IMG/VR virus record: IMGVR_UViG_3300031994_000094
Location: 1,826 to 65,825 of that record
Length of the DNA: 64,000 bases
From: a virus
Lineage: Duplodnaviria > Caudoviricetes
Reading direction: 5' to 3' (one strand)
The notes under the pieces are model-generated. The model did not search any database. It was not told the origin of the DNA and worked only from the letters and a program-made list of their open reading frames with translations. Within the stretch, counting starts at the first letter, position 1. The number at the start of each line of letters is the position of its first letter. The position numbers and the translations under genes were made by a program. Below, in pieces: positions 36,780 through 44,731 of this stretch.

Positions 36780-37019
36780 AAACAAAAAGAAAATGTTAAA
36801 CATGCTTATGATTTAGGGCTATTTAACAATAAGAAGCAAATTGTGTGTGAACAGACAGGCAAAGTTTTTGACAGCATCAAATCTGCTTGTGAATGGTGTG
36901 GGTTGAAGAGTAGCGGCTCATTAAGAAACCATTTATATGGGTGTAGTACAAGAAAACCCCAATTTTCAGCTGGAAAACACCCTATCACAAAAGAACCTCT
37001 TACATGGCATCTAATATAA
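36768..37019 (+). pseudogene. Start-less remnant of an HNH-NUMOD1 homing endonuclease
   Basis: KENVKHAYDLGL (end of HNH domain) + IVCEQTGKVFDSIKSACEWCG (NUMOD1-like); preceded by TAA, no start codon. Confidence 0.7.
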
Positions 37020-37033
37020 TTTATATAGATGAT

Positions 37034-37104
37034 AGCCGTTTAGTATAAAAGAAGTACATGAGACTTTGACTCTCAGGGAGTAGGGGCAGTACCTACAACG
37101 GCTG
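37034..37104 (+). tRNA. tRNA-Gln(TTG), atypical D- and T-loops, no encoded CCA
   Basis: Acceptor AGCCGTT/AACGGCT; anticodon arm TGAGA-CTTTGAC-TCTCA; T-arm GTAGG-GGCAGTA-CCTAC; D-loop lacks GG. Confidence 0.75.
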
Positions 37105-37109
37105 AATGG

Positions 37110-37279
37110 AATGGGTCGCACCCATTGGGAGTAGGCGAATTAACGAGAACGGATTGCGACTACCACGTGTGTTGAGTGGGTAGGCACACACATCCTGGCA
37201 GACAAAATTAAGTACCGTGTCTTTCTGAGAAATGCGGCAAATGGGATGGTGACGAATAAAGCTGGGAATAATGTCACAC
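37110..37279 (+). ncRNA. Structured RNA unit B
   Basis: AATGGG-TCGCA-CCCATT, GTAG..CTAC, GTGTGT..ACACAC, CATCCT/GGGATG, AGACA/TGTCT, GTGAC/GTCAC. Confidence 0.5.
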
Positions 37280-37293
37280 AAATGGAGAAAAAG

Positions 37294-37431
37294 ATGGAAG
37301 ATAATAAGAAAGACTATAACAGATGTTTATGTTGTGGCAGAAAACTGAAATCAGAAGAGGCACGAAAGATAGGCTACGGTAAAGTCTGTTTAGAGAAGAT
37401 GCAGAAGCGAAAAACAAAGAGGTTGTTTTAG
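37294..37431 (+). CDS. DUF6011-like zinc-finger protein
   Basis: RCLCCGRKLKSEEARKIGYGKVC. Confidence 0.7.
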   Translation: MEDNKKDYNRCLCCGRKLKSEEARKIGYGKVCLEKMQKRKTKRLF

Positions 37432-37497
37432 TTTACATAATATGTTATTATATTAAGAAAGGTGGAAGATAAATTATTGGTGACGGAGGTGTAAAGT

Positions 37498-37788
37498 ATG
37501 AATGGTGGAAGAGATATTGAGCAGAATGATGTATCATTTGCTACTGAATTATTGCATTTAGTTCGACTTAGTGCAAAGCGGTGGTTTATAGCATTCATCG
37601 TAGTGTTATGTCTATGGTTTGTCACTATCGGAGCATTTGTGTGGTATATAAGCCTGCCAGTGGAGGTAACTGATAACATAGAACAACAATCCGATAACAA
37701 TAGTTCTAATTATGTTGTAGGAGGTGACTATAATGGCGTATCAGAGAGTAACAAGGACAGTTCGGAGAGCAACGAGGACACGGAGTAG
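37498..37788 (+). CDS. Single-TM phage protein
   Basis: GGAGGT RBS; WFIAFIVVLCLWFVTIGAFVWY. Confidence 0.7.
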   Translation: MNGGRDIEQNDVSFATELLHLVRLSAKRWFIAFIVVLCLWFVTIGAFVWYISLPVEVTDNIEQQSDNNSSNYVVGGDYNGVSESNKDSSESNEDTE

Positions 37789-37849
37789 TAGTTCCGGTAG
37801 TAGAACACGCAAGGTTCATACAGTAAGAAGAACAACACGGAGAAGATGA
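37733..37849 (+). CDS. 38-aa Arg-rich, protamine-like peptide (not in the ORF track)
   Basis: GGAGGTG RBS; MAYQRVTRTVRRATRTRSSSSGSRTRKVHTVRRTTRRR. Confidence 0.7.
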   Translation: MAYQRVTRTVRRATRTRSSSSGSRTRKVHTVRRTTRRR

Positions 37850-37850
37850 A

Positions 37851-38180
37851 ATGGCAAGTAGAAAAGGTATGATAAATACTTTTCAGTTAGCGTTTAACCA
37901 GGCTGGTTATCCGATACTTTATCATACTACACAATTTTACTCCATGCGTCAGCATCGCCCTGTAACACAGTATCATCTCAAATGGGTTGTTGTGGATCGT
38001 GAAACCAATCGTAGTCAGGGAGTGGAGATATTCAACACTTACTATCAGATGTGGATAATATTCTTCTTACGGGATCTGTGGGATTGTATAAATAATAGAC
38101 CTATTGATACTTCTAACCCTTATTGGGAGGCATATAAGAAGAAACACAATATCGTGATAGAGGATGTGATGTTAAAATGA
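37851..38180 (+). CDS. Hypothetical protein
   Basis: 109-aa ORF coupled to its neighbours. Confidence 0.65.
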   Translation: MASRKGMINTFQLAFNQAGYPILYHTTQFYSMRQHRPVTQYHLKWVVVDRETNRSQGVEIFNTYYQMWIIFFLRDLWDCINNRPIDTSNPYWEAYKKKHNIVIEDVMLK

Positions 38181-38767
38181 TGCCATATATAGACCCTATT
38201 TTAACAGATGAAGATATAAAAGCTGATGTAAATGCTGTAAAGCAGTACACATTAGAGGATCGACCAAAACCAAAAGCCACCCCAATTACACAGACAGAAA
38301 CCTATAAAAATAGATATGTGACACATAATAAGCATAAATTAACAATGCGAGAATACAGATTCATAGATGCTTATATGGCAAGTGGTGATGGTAAAGAAGC
38401 AGTTATTAAAGCTGGGTATAAGGTTAAAGGTGTATCGGCTAAAGCCAATCAGTTACTAAAGACAGATTATATAGCTGATGAAATAGCATATAGAACAGAA
38501 ATATTAAGAAGTGCCCAGGTTGCGGATAGACACGAAATTCTGTCATTCTTAACAGCCGTAATGCGTGGTGAAGTAAAAGACCAGTTCGGATTAGATGCAC
38601 AATTAAAAGACCGTATAGATGCCGGAGAGAAACTTGCTAAACGATTGATAGACGATCCAGTAAAGATGAAGCAGAATGTAGCTGCACAGCAAGTAGTAGT
38701 TAATATAGACTTCAACAGGGATGAAGAAGTAAATCCTGTTGTAGATGTTCAGCAATTATCTGACTAA
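38177..38767 (+). CDS. terS: Terminase small subunit
   Basis: LTMREYRFIDAY...AVIKAGY...ILSFLTAVMRGE...RIDAGEKLAKR. Confidence 0.85.
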   Translation: MMPYIDPILTDEDIKADVNAVKQYTLEDRPKPKATPITQTETYKNRYVTHNKHKLTMREYRFIDAYMASGDGKEAVIKAGYKVKGVSAKANQLLKTDYIADEIAYRTEILRSAQVADRHEILSFLTAVMRGEVKDQFGLDAQLKDRIDAGEKLAKRLIDDPVKMKQNVAAQQVVVNIDFNRDEEVNPVVDVQQLSD

Positions 38768-38797
38768 GCCTCAGATTTTTCCATAATTGTTTCTCCT

Positions 38798-38836
38798 AAA
38801 AGGGAGGTGTATGCGTAAAAAACATACACCTCTTTT
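38798..38836 (+). terminator. Rho-independent terminator
   Basis: GAGGTGTATG/CATACACCTC stem plus TTTT. Confidence 0.75.
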
Positions 38837-38846
38837 AATTTTATTG

Positions 38847-38885
38847 TTGACAATCTATAATCATTGTAGTATAATGTTTAATGTA
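38847..38885 (+). promoter_or_regulatory. sigmaA promoter with operator (copy 5)
   Basis: TTGACA-17-TATAAT-GTTTAATGTA. Confidence 0.85.
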
Positions 38886-38916
38886 AATAGAAACACATAC
38901 CATAGAGGAGGTATCT

Positions 38917-39420
38917 ATGAAAGATATGGAGATGAGGACGAAGATGGATTACCCTAAAATGAGAAAGGAGTTTATTAAGACGAGAGGATTTAAGAACCTC
39001 TCAGTATTCGCAAGGGCGGTAGATGAATACCCTACTAATATCCATAAGATAGTGAAGGGTATTCAGTTACCAAAGATTGAACGATTACTTCAATGGGCAA
39101 TCGTTCTGGATTGTGATATAGAGCAGTTAATCACATTATTTTATCCAAATGAAATGCAGAAGTATGTAGAAGCCAAAAACCGAAAGTATGCAGAAACTAA
39201 AAACCAAAACATTACAGGGGTAAAGATTATGTATAGAGTATGGGAGAAATCAGAGGAAACTGATAATAAGTGGAGAAAGACATGGTTTACCACAAATTAT
39301 AAAAGTGAAGCCCAGGATTATGTTCACGATATGTATATGGCAAATGAGGCAGATAGAATGGTTGGTTGTTATGATCCAACATTACAGTATAAGATAAAGG
39401 AGGAGGTAGCAGTATGTTAG
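38917..39420 (+). CDS. XRE-family HTH protein with C-terminal extension
   Basis: LSVFARAVDEYPTNIHKIVKGIQLPKIERLLQWAIVLDCDIEQL. Confidence 0.7.
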   Translation: MKDMEMRTKMDYPKMRKEFIKTRGFKNLSVFARAVDEYPTNIHKIVKGIQLPKIERLLQWAIVLDCDIEQLITLFYPNEMQKYVEAKNRKYAETKNQNITGVKIMYRVWEKSEETDNKWRKTWFTTNYKSEAQDYVHDMYMANEADRMVGCYDPTLQYKIKEEVAVC

Positions 39421-40358
39421 TAAAGTCAAATATTTCATGGAATGCAAAGCAGATTGGTAAGATGATTGAAAAGGGTACAATCTCTTTTGATAATGCCGTA
39501 CAGAGAGGTCTTGTGTGGGATGTGAAGAGGAAGTCTTTACTTATTCACTCCATTCTTATGGGTTATCCCATTCCTCCGTTCTATGCTACAAAGAGGGATG
39601 GTGTATATGATATGCTGGATGGTAAGCAGAGGTCAAATGCCATTGTAGATTTTATCAATGACAAGTATGCCTTAAAAGATATTCCAGAAGTTCAGAATCC
39701 TGATGATGCAGACGTTGATGAAGATATTAACGATATGAAGTTTTCTGAGCTGGCGGAGGAATATCAAGACTTGATCCTGTCATACACATTTACTATCTAC
39801 TACTATGATGGTATTACAGATGAGCAGATAAATGAAATGTTTTATCGGCTGAATAATGGTAAGCCTTTGTCAGCCATTGAACTGAGTAGAGCGAGAGCAA
39901 AGAGTCTTGATGTTATCCGTAAGCTGGCTAATCATCAGTTATTTACCAGTACCCTTACAGAGAGTGCTTTAGCGAAGTATGCCGCAGATGATTTGGTAGT
40001 AAAGGCCTATGTAATCCTCTTTACAGATACATATGACTTATCTTCAAAGAATGTACGGAGTATCATTGAAAACACAGAGATTACAGAAGAACAGGCAGAT
40101 TCCATATCAGATACTCTGGATAAATACTTCAATCTGTATAATGAAGTTTTAGTAAGGTCAAAGAGTGCGGCGAAGAAACTGGTTCAGAAAGTACATATGT
40201 TGTCTATTCTCCCTGTTATAGAGGATATGGATGCAGATACAGCTATTGAGTTCTTCAATGATATGCCGGAAGAATATAAGGCAAGTTGTTCTAATGGTAC
40301 AAATTCAAGTGCAAATGTAAAGAAAAGAGTAGACATATTAAAAGAGTATGTCAGATAG
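39414..40358 (+). CDS. DUF262 (ParB/Srx-like fold) protein
   Basis: QRGLVW, SILMGYPIP, DGKQR, FYRLNNG. Confidence 0.85.
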   Translation: MLVKSNISWNAKQIGKMIEKGTISFDNAVQRGLVWDVKRKSLLIHSILMGYPIPPFYATKRDGVYDMLDGKQRSNAIVDFINDKYALKDIPEVQNPDDADVDEDINDMKFSELAEEYQDLILSYTFTIYYYDGITDEQINEMFYRLNNGKPLSAIELSRARAKSLDVIRKLANHQLFTSTLTESALAKYAADDLVVKAYVILFTDTYDLSSKNVRSIIENTEITEEQADSISDTLDKYFNLYNEVLVRSKSAAKKLVQKVHMLSILPVIEDMDADTAIEFFNDMPEEYKASCSNGTNSSANVKKRVDILKEYVR

Positions 40359-40363
40359 AAAAG

Positions 40364-40395
40364 GATCCCCAGTATAAAAGCTGGGGATTTTTTTA
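40364..40395 (+). terminator. Rho-independent terminator
   Basis: ATCCCCAG/CTGGGGAT stem plus T-run. Confidence 0.8.
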
Positions 40396-40421
40396 TGTCT
40401 GAATAAATCTCTGTGACTCGT

Positions 40422-40594
40422 GAAAGCATTAAAGTTCGTTGCATATATTTTTATGGAGAAAATCTTTTCTCATAAAGGAGCAGTTAGCACTACTCCAGAT
40501 GAGTGCTAATACCTACTCACCTACTGGATTATAGGATTTTTTGGTGGATCGTAATAATTCTTTAGGGGTCTCGAAAGCATTAAAGTTCGTTGCA
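40422..40594. repeat. 22-bp direct repeat GAAAGCATTAAAGTTCGTTGCA x2
   Basis: Exact copies at 40422-40443 and 40573-40594. Confidence 0.85.
40484..40509. promoter_or_regulatory. CIRCE-like inverted repeat 1
   Basis: TTAGCACTA-N8-GAGTGCTAA. Confidence 0.55.
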
Positions 40595-40636
40595 GAATCC
40601 AGGGTGGATTTTTCTTCATTCAGCATAATACAGTTG

Positions 40637-40662
40637 TTAGCACTCCCTGGGGTGAGTGCTAA
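40637..40662. promoter_or_regulatory. CIRCE-like inverted repeat 2
   Basis: TTAGCACTC-N8-GAGTGCTAA (canonical spacer is N9). Confidence 0.6.
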
Positions 40663-40681
40663 CATTATGTACAATCAAATG

Positions 40682-40900
40682 CAGCCGTGGCCCCTGGAGG
40701 GGCCCCTGTGGGCATGATCCAGTATCTTCGTGCTGATGGTCCAGCCGTGGCCCCTGGAGGGGCCCCTGTGAACGTGATACAGTATCCTCTTGCTGATGAT
40801 CCAGCCGTGGCCCCTGGAGGGGCCCCTGTGGGCATGATCCAGTATCTTCGTGCTGATGGTCTGTTGTGGCCCCTGTGGGGCCCCTGTGGGCATGATCCAG
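40682..40900. repeat. GC-rich 60-bp tandem array, about 3.7 copies
   Basis: CAGCCGTGGCCCCTGGAGGGGCCCCTGTG... repeating at 40682, 40742, 40802 plus a degenerate fourth copy. Confidence 0.92.
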
Positions 40901-41037
40901 AGGCTTGGCTTTTGTTGCATTATATGGAAGGAAAAAAATATAAAAAAGTGATTGACAACAATATAAAAAGTGTGGTATTTTATTATTGCAAGCAATACTT
41001 GCAAACAATAAAAAAATCATTTTAGGAGGAAAACGCA

Positions 41038-41685
41038 ATGATGAAAAACATTAAAAGAGCTATTAAGGCTCATGAGGTTGAAAGCAACCGCAAATTTGCG
41101 GCGGATCTGGAAGGCAAAACGGCGAGTCAGTTGCTGGAGTCCTGGTATTATCGCGACAATATGACTCCGAAGGTGTTTGAGGCAGTTAAGGCACTTGACC
41201 CCAATGCAACGCCGGAAGGCTGGATCATTGAAAAGATGGAGAAAAAGCACGCAAGGAAAGAAGCGAAGGCAGCGGCGAATCGCCTGGAAAAAGTGGAAAG
41301 AGTAGAAAATACTGATCTACCGAAAAACATTATTGTTTCTGTGGAGTGGCATAAGTCTCGGATTTGGGGATATAATCCAATGGTTACAGTTTCAGCGGAC
41401 CACAGACGGACTACAGGAACGGCCTCCGGTTGCGGTTATGACAAGGAATCGGCCGCCATAGCAAGTGCATTTAACGCACACCCCGAAATTATGCGAATCA
41501 TATATGAATATGCAGAGAGTGGCCAGACGTTCCCGTATGGCGTTCATACGTGGGCCGGGGTTCCGTCTTTTGATGGCGGTTGTGGTGTATCTGTATTTTA
41601 TGCAATATTTGAGGCTTGTGGCTATGAGTTTAAGCAAATAGCAAGCGGCAAATTGTACAACGTATACGCAATAAATAGGAAGTAA
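41038..41685 (+). CDS. Conserved hypothetical phage protein
   Basis: AGGAGG RBS; TASGCGYDKESAA motif. Confidence 0.75.
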   Translation: MMKNIKRAIKAHEVESNRKFAADLEGKTASQLLESWYYRDNMTPKVFEAVKALDPNATPEGWIIEKMEKKHARKEAKAAANRLEKVERVENTDLPKNIIVSVEWHKSRIWGYNPMVTVSADHRRTTGTASGCGYDKESAAIASAFNAHPEIMRIIYEYAESGQTFPYGVHTWAGVPSFDGGCGVSVFYAIFEACGYEFKQIASGKLYNVYAINRK

Positions 41686-41782
41686 GAAAAGGGCCGCAAG
41701 TGTTGACCCCGTGTGGATATCCGGCGCCGCGAGGCTGGAGTGCTACACACGGGATCGACAAAAGGCCGGAAGGGAGGAAAGA

Positions 41783-42588
41783 ATGCTAATTTATGCACGT
41801 TTTAAGGATGGACGGGAGGCTCTATATTCTGGAGCCGTTCTTCCACTTATGTTAAGCGATCCGGACGTATCCGAAATAATGGACGCTGAAACAGGCGAGA
41901 TATATAAGGCAAGTTATCCAAATTTAAAGGGAGGGCATGAGAATGAATAATTATGTATTCCGTGATAATAACGGCCAGGACTGGAAACGGGTTACGAAAA
42001 AGGCCGCTAAAAAGGCATATATAGCTGGAAATATTGTTGTTTTAGTACCTTGCAACCTTCGACCCTTCGGTCCGTGGGGTATCGGCTGTAGTATCAACCG
42101 CAAAGATAGAGCCGCTTTTGTAACTGATGAAATAGGCGTGAAAAATGACTTTGATAATTTGGTAAATAGTCATGAGTTTTATAACTGTATAAATTCAGAA
42201 ACGGGTCGTTATAGTGCTTTTTATATTCAGATGGATTAAAGGCGTTTTAAGGCGTTTTTAAGTCCGGAAGGGGTAAATATCCCTTGGATAGATAAAAACG
42301 CCTCAAAACGTACGAGAGAGGCCTCAAAAGGGCCGGAAAATACAATATTCAGTGGATCCAGTTTGGCGGTTGGACCATTTCAAAATATGGATTCTTTCCA
42401 AGGGAGGAAGGCCGTGTATGATGAAAAGAAAATATAAGTCGCCGGAGTTTTGGAGATATTATATAGACGGGAAGGAAGTATCAAAAGCCGAGGCACTGGA
42501 TCAAAGAAAAAAGAATAGTAAGTATTTATCAAGTAGGAATGTTGCATTATGGGATAAAGTAAAAATCATACGGATGGAACGGAGGTAG
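41783..42588 (+). other. Three small hypothetical genes (41783-41950, 41937-42239, about 42418-42588)
   Basis: GGAGG RBSs and ORFs. Confidence 0.6.
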
Positions 42589-42866
42589 AAAAAAATGTAT
42601 ATTCTAACATATAAAGCAAAGCGGAAAAATGCTAGACGCCATATATGGGGAAGGTATAATAGCATAGATGAGTGTATAGTAAACGCAAATAATAGTAATT
42701 ATATATTCACTGTATATAATAACAAGTGGGAATATGTCCAGGAGGTAAAGAAAAAAATAACTACTGTATAGGGGATATAATAAAATAAGAAGGGAGCCGC
42801 TGGAAGGGAAAAACACCCGGAAGGCGGCCCCTTTTTTGGTCCCCTTGCTACCTTCTATATATGTCA

Positions 42867-42882
42867 TGTTTCATGTGAAACA
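42867..42882. promoter_or_regulatory. parS site (one mismatch)
   Basis: TGTTTCATGTGAAACA. Confidence 0.8.
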
Positions 42883-42910
42883 CAAGTGAATTAAGGGGTC
42901 ATGGGCTTAA

Positions 42911-42926
42911 TGTTTCACGTGAAACA
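42911..42926. promoter_or_regulatory. parS site (perfect chromosomal consensus)
   Basis: TGTTTCACGTGAAACA, a 16-bp palindrome. Confidence 0.9.
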
Positions 42927-43365
42927 CGATCCGCCGCTGGATCGTGACCCCACTGGATCCAGGGGCCCACCCGGCAAAAAACCGCCACAGGGGATCGAGG
43001 CGGGCATGGGGTGGTGTGTCCCAAAAAATATTGAACATTTGTCTAAGTAGTTGTCACGTCAATTTTGTAACCATATAACTTCAATAGTTGTCACGCCTAT
43101 TATACTGAGTATTTATACAAATAGTTATCTTGAAAAAGAGGTTTATAAGAGGTTTATGCTTCTATTTTTCTTCTAATCCTCCGAAGATTTTGGTTTTTTG
43201 TGCATATTGCACAACAGGGTGTTTATTTCCTATATAGTAAAATAAACACTTCTTCGTGATTTTGCACAAAAGATTTTCTATTAGTTGTCCCCGGATTTTG
43301 ATTTTTATGGTTAATTCTTGCATTATGTAAACTAATTTGTTATAGTAAAGTGTAAGAGGTGGAAG

Positions 43366-44670
43366 ATGAATATAGATATTAAGCTACAAAACTTAATAAT
43401 TCCTTCTTATGATGGGGTGTTTAAGGATATAATGCAACATAACCATGTGCATTATACTTTGAAAGGAGGAAGAGGCTCTACCAAATCTTCTTTTATTGGG
43501 GGCATTGTTATTCCTCTTCTTCTTATGCGATATCCTAATGTTAATGCGGTATGTTTTCGTAAGGTAGGGAATACTGTTCAGAACTCTATTTATAGCCAGG
43601 TTACTTGGGGTATATATCAGATGGGGCTTGAATCGCTCTTTCATATCCCGAAAACATATTCTAACCCGATTATTTATAAACCTACCGGGCAGAAGATATT
43701 CTTCATGGGCATGGATGACCCGAATAAGGTTAAATCTATTAAGGTAGAGCGTGGGTATATAGGCATTACATGGTGGGAAGAACTTGACCAGTTTGCTGGC
43801 GACAATGAGTTACGTAAGGTATTACAGTCTACCATGCGTGGCGGTGATTTGTTTTGGGACTTTCGTACTTTTAACCCGCCGATTTCGATTGATAACTGGG
43901 CTAATGAGTATGCAGAAGAAGCAGAGGATAAGGATAATACCCTTGTAGTTTCTAATACCTACTTAGACGTACCCGAAGCATGGCTGGGTCAGCAGTTTAT
44001 TGAAGAAGCTGAGGACTTAAAACGTGTTAATGAACGTGCATATTTACATGAGTATATGGGCTTACCTATCGGCACTGGTGGCTCGGTATTTCCTAACGCT
44101 TGTGACCTTGATATGAATGAGCAAGTACCTGTCTATGACTTTGATGGGCACGTACTTGAATATACACCGATGTGGAAAACCTTTGATAGGATTTATAATG
44201 GCATTGACTGGGGCTTTGCTATGGATCCATTTCGCTATATCCGTATGCACTATGACCAAAAGAAACTTGACCTTTATATCTTCACTGAATATTCAACCGT
44301 AGCGACACGAAATCAAGTGGTTTTTGATATTCTCTATAAAGAAAAGAAACTCTTGAAGATGGATGAATTAGTTACTGCTGATAGCGCAGAGCCTAAATCT
44401 ATCGCAGACTTTAGGGCTTATGGGGCGTATATCAGAGGGGCGATAAAAGGTCCTGATTCTGTGAGATATGGCATTAAATGGCTGCAAGGACTTAATCATA
44501 TCTATATAGACAAGCGGAGATGCCCACTGACTTATAAAGAGTTTACTCATTATGAGTATTGCCAGGATAGAGATGGCAATTTTATCAGTGACTATCCAGA
44601 CGAAGATAATCACAGTATCGACGCTTGCCGTTATGGTCTTGAACGCTTCTATAACCGCAGAGGTAACTAA
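43366..44670 (+). CDS. terL: Terminase large subunit, PBSX family
   Basis: KGGRGSTKS, WWEELDQ, TFNPP, GIDWG, ADSAEPKSI, NHSIDACRY. Confidence 0.95.
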   Translation: MNIDIKLQNLIIPSYDGVFKDIMQHNHVHYTLKGGRGSTKSSFIGGIVIPLLLMRYPNVNAVCFRKVGNTVQNSIYSQVTWGIYQMGLESLFHIPKTYSNPIIYKPTGQKIFFMGMDDPNKVKSIKVERGYIGITWWEELDQFAGDNELRKVLQSTMRGGDLFWDFRTFNPPISIDNWANEYAEEAEDKDNTLVVSNTYLDVPEAWLGQQFIEEAEDLKRVNERAYLHEYMGLPIGTGGSVFPNACDLDMNEQVPVYDFDGHVLEYTPMWKTFDRIYNGIDWGFAMDPFRYIRMHYDQKKLDLYIFTEYSTVATRNQVVFDILYKEKKLLKMDELVTADSAEPKSIADFRAYGAYIRGAIKGPDSVRYGIKWLQGLNHIYIDKRRCPLTYKEFTHYEYCQDRDGNFISDYPDEDNHSIDACRYGLERFYNRRGN

Positions 44671-44672
44671 GA

Positions 44673-44701
44673 TTGACACAGATAGATACATACTGTATAA
44701 T
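44673..44701 (+). promoter_or_regulatory. Consensus sigmaA promoter of the inserted HNH gene
   Basis: TTGACA-17-TATAAT, 2 nt after the terL stop. Confidence 0.85.
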
Positions 44702-44731
44702 GACTCCAAAATATCTTTTGGAGGTAATTAT

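Noticed and set aside
37034-37104. Suppressor tRNA / stop-codon recoding
   Set aside because: The anticodon is TTG (Gln), and long genes read uninterrupted in the standard code with TAA, TAG and TGA all used as stops
37191-37248. HDV-like (theta) ribozyme call, from GGCAAATGGGATG resembling J4/2-P2 and pairing with CATCCT
   Set aside because: I could not build P1, P3 and P1.1 in the required order, and it does not start at the tRNA 3' end; left for a covariance-model search
40682-40900. Possible CRISPR mini-array (29-nt palindromic repeat + 31-nt spacer)
   Set aside because: Spacers 1 and 3 are identical and spacer 2 is a close variant, so this is a tandem repeat; no cas operon is present
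40637-41038. ORFs on both strands across the tandem array
   Set aside because: They arise from stop-poor GC-rich repeats; no convincing RBS or protein-like features
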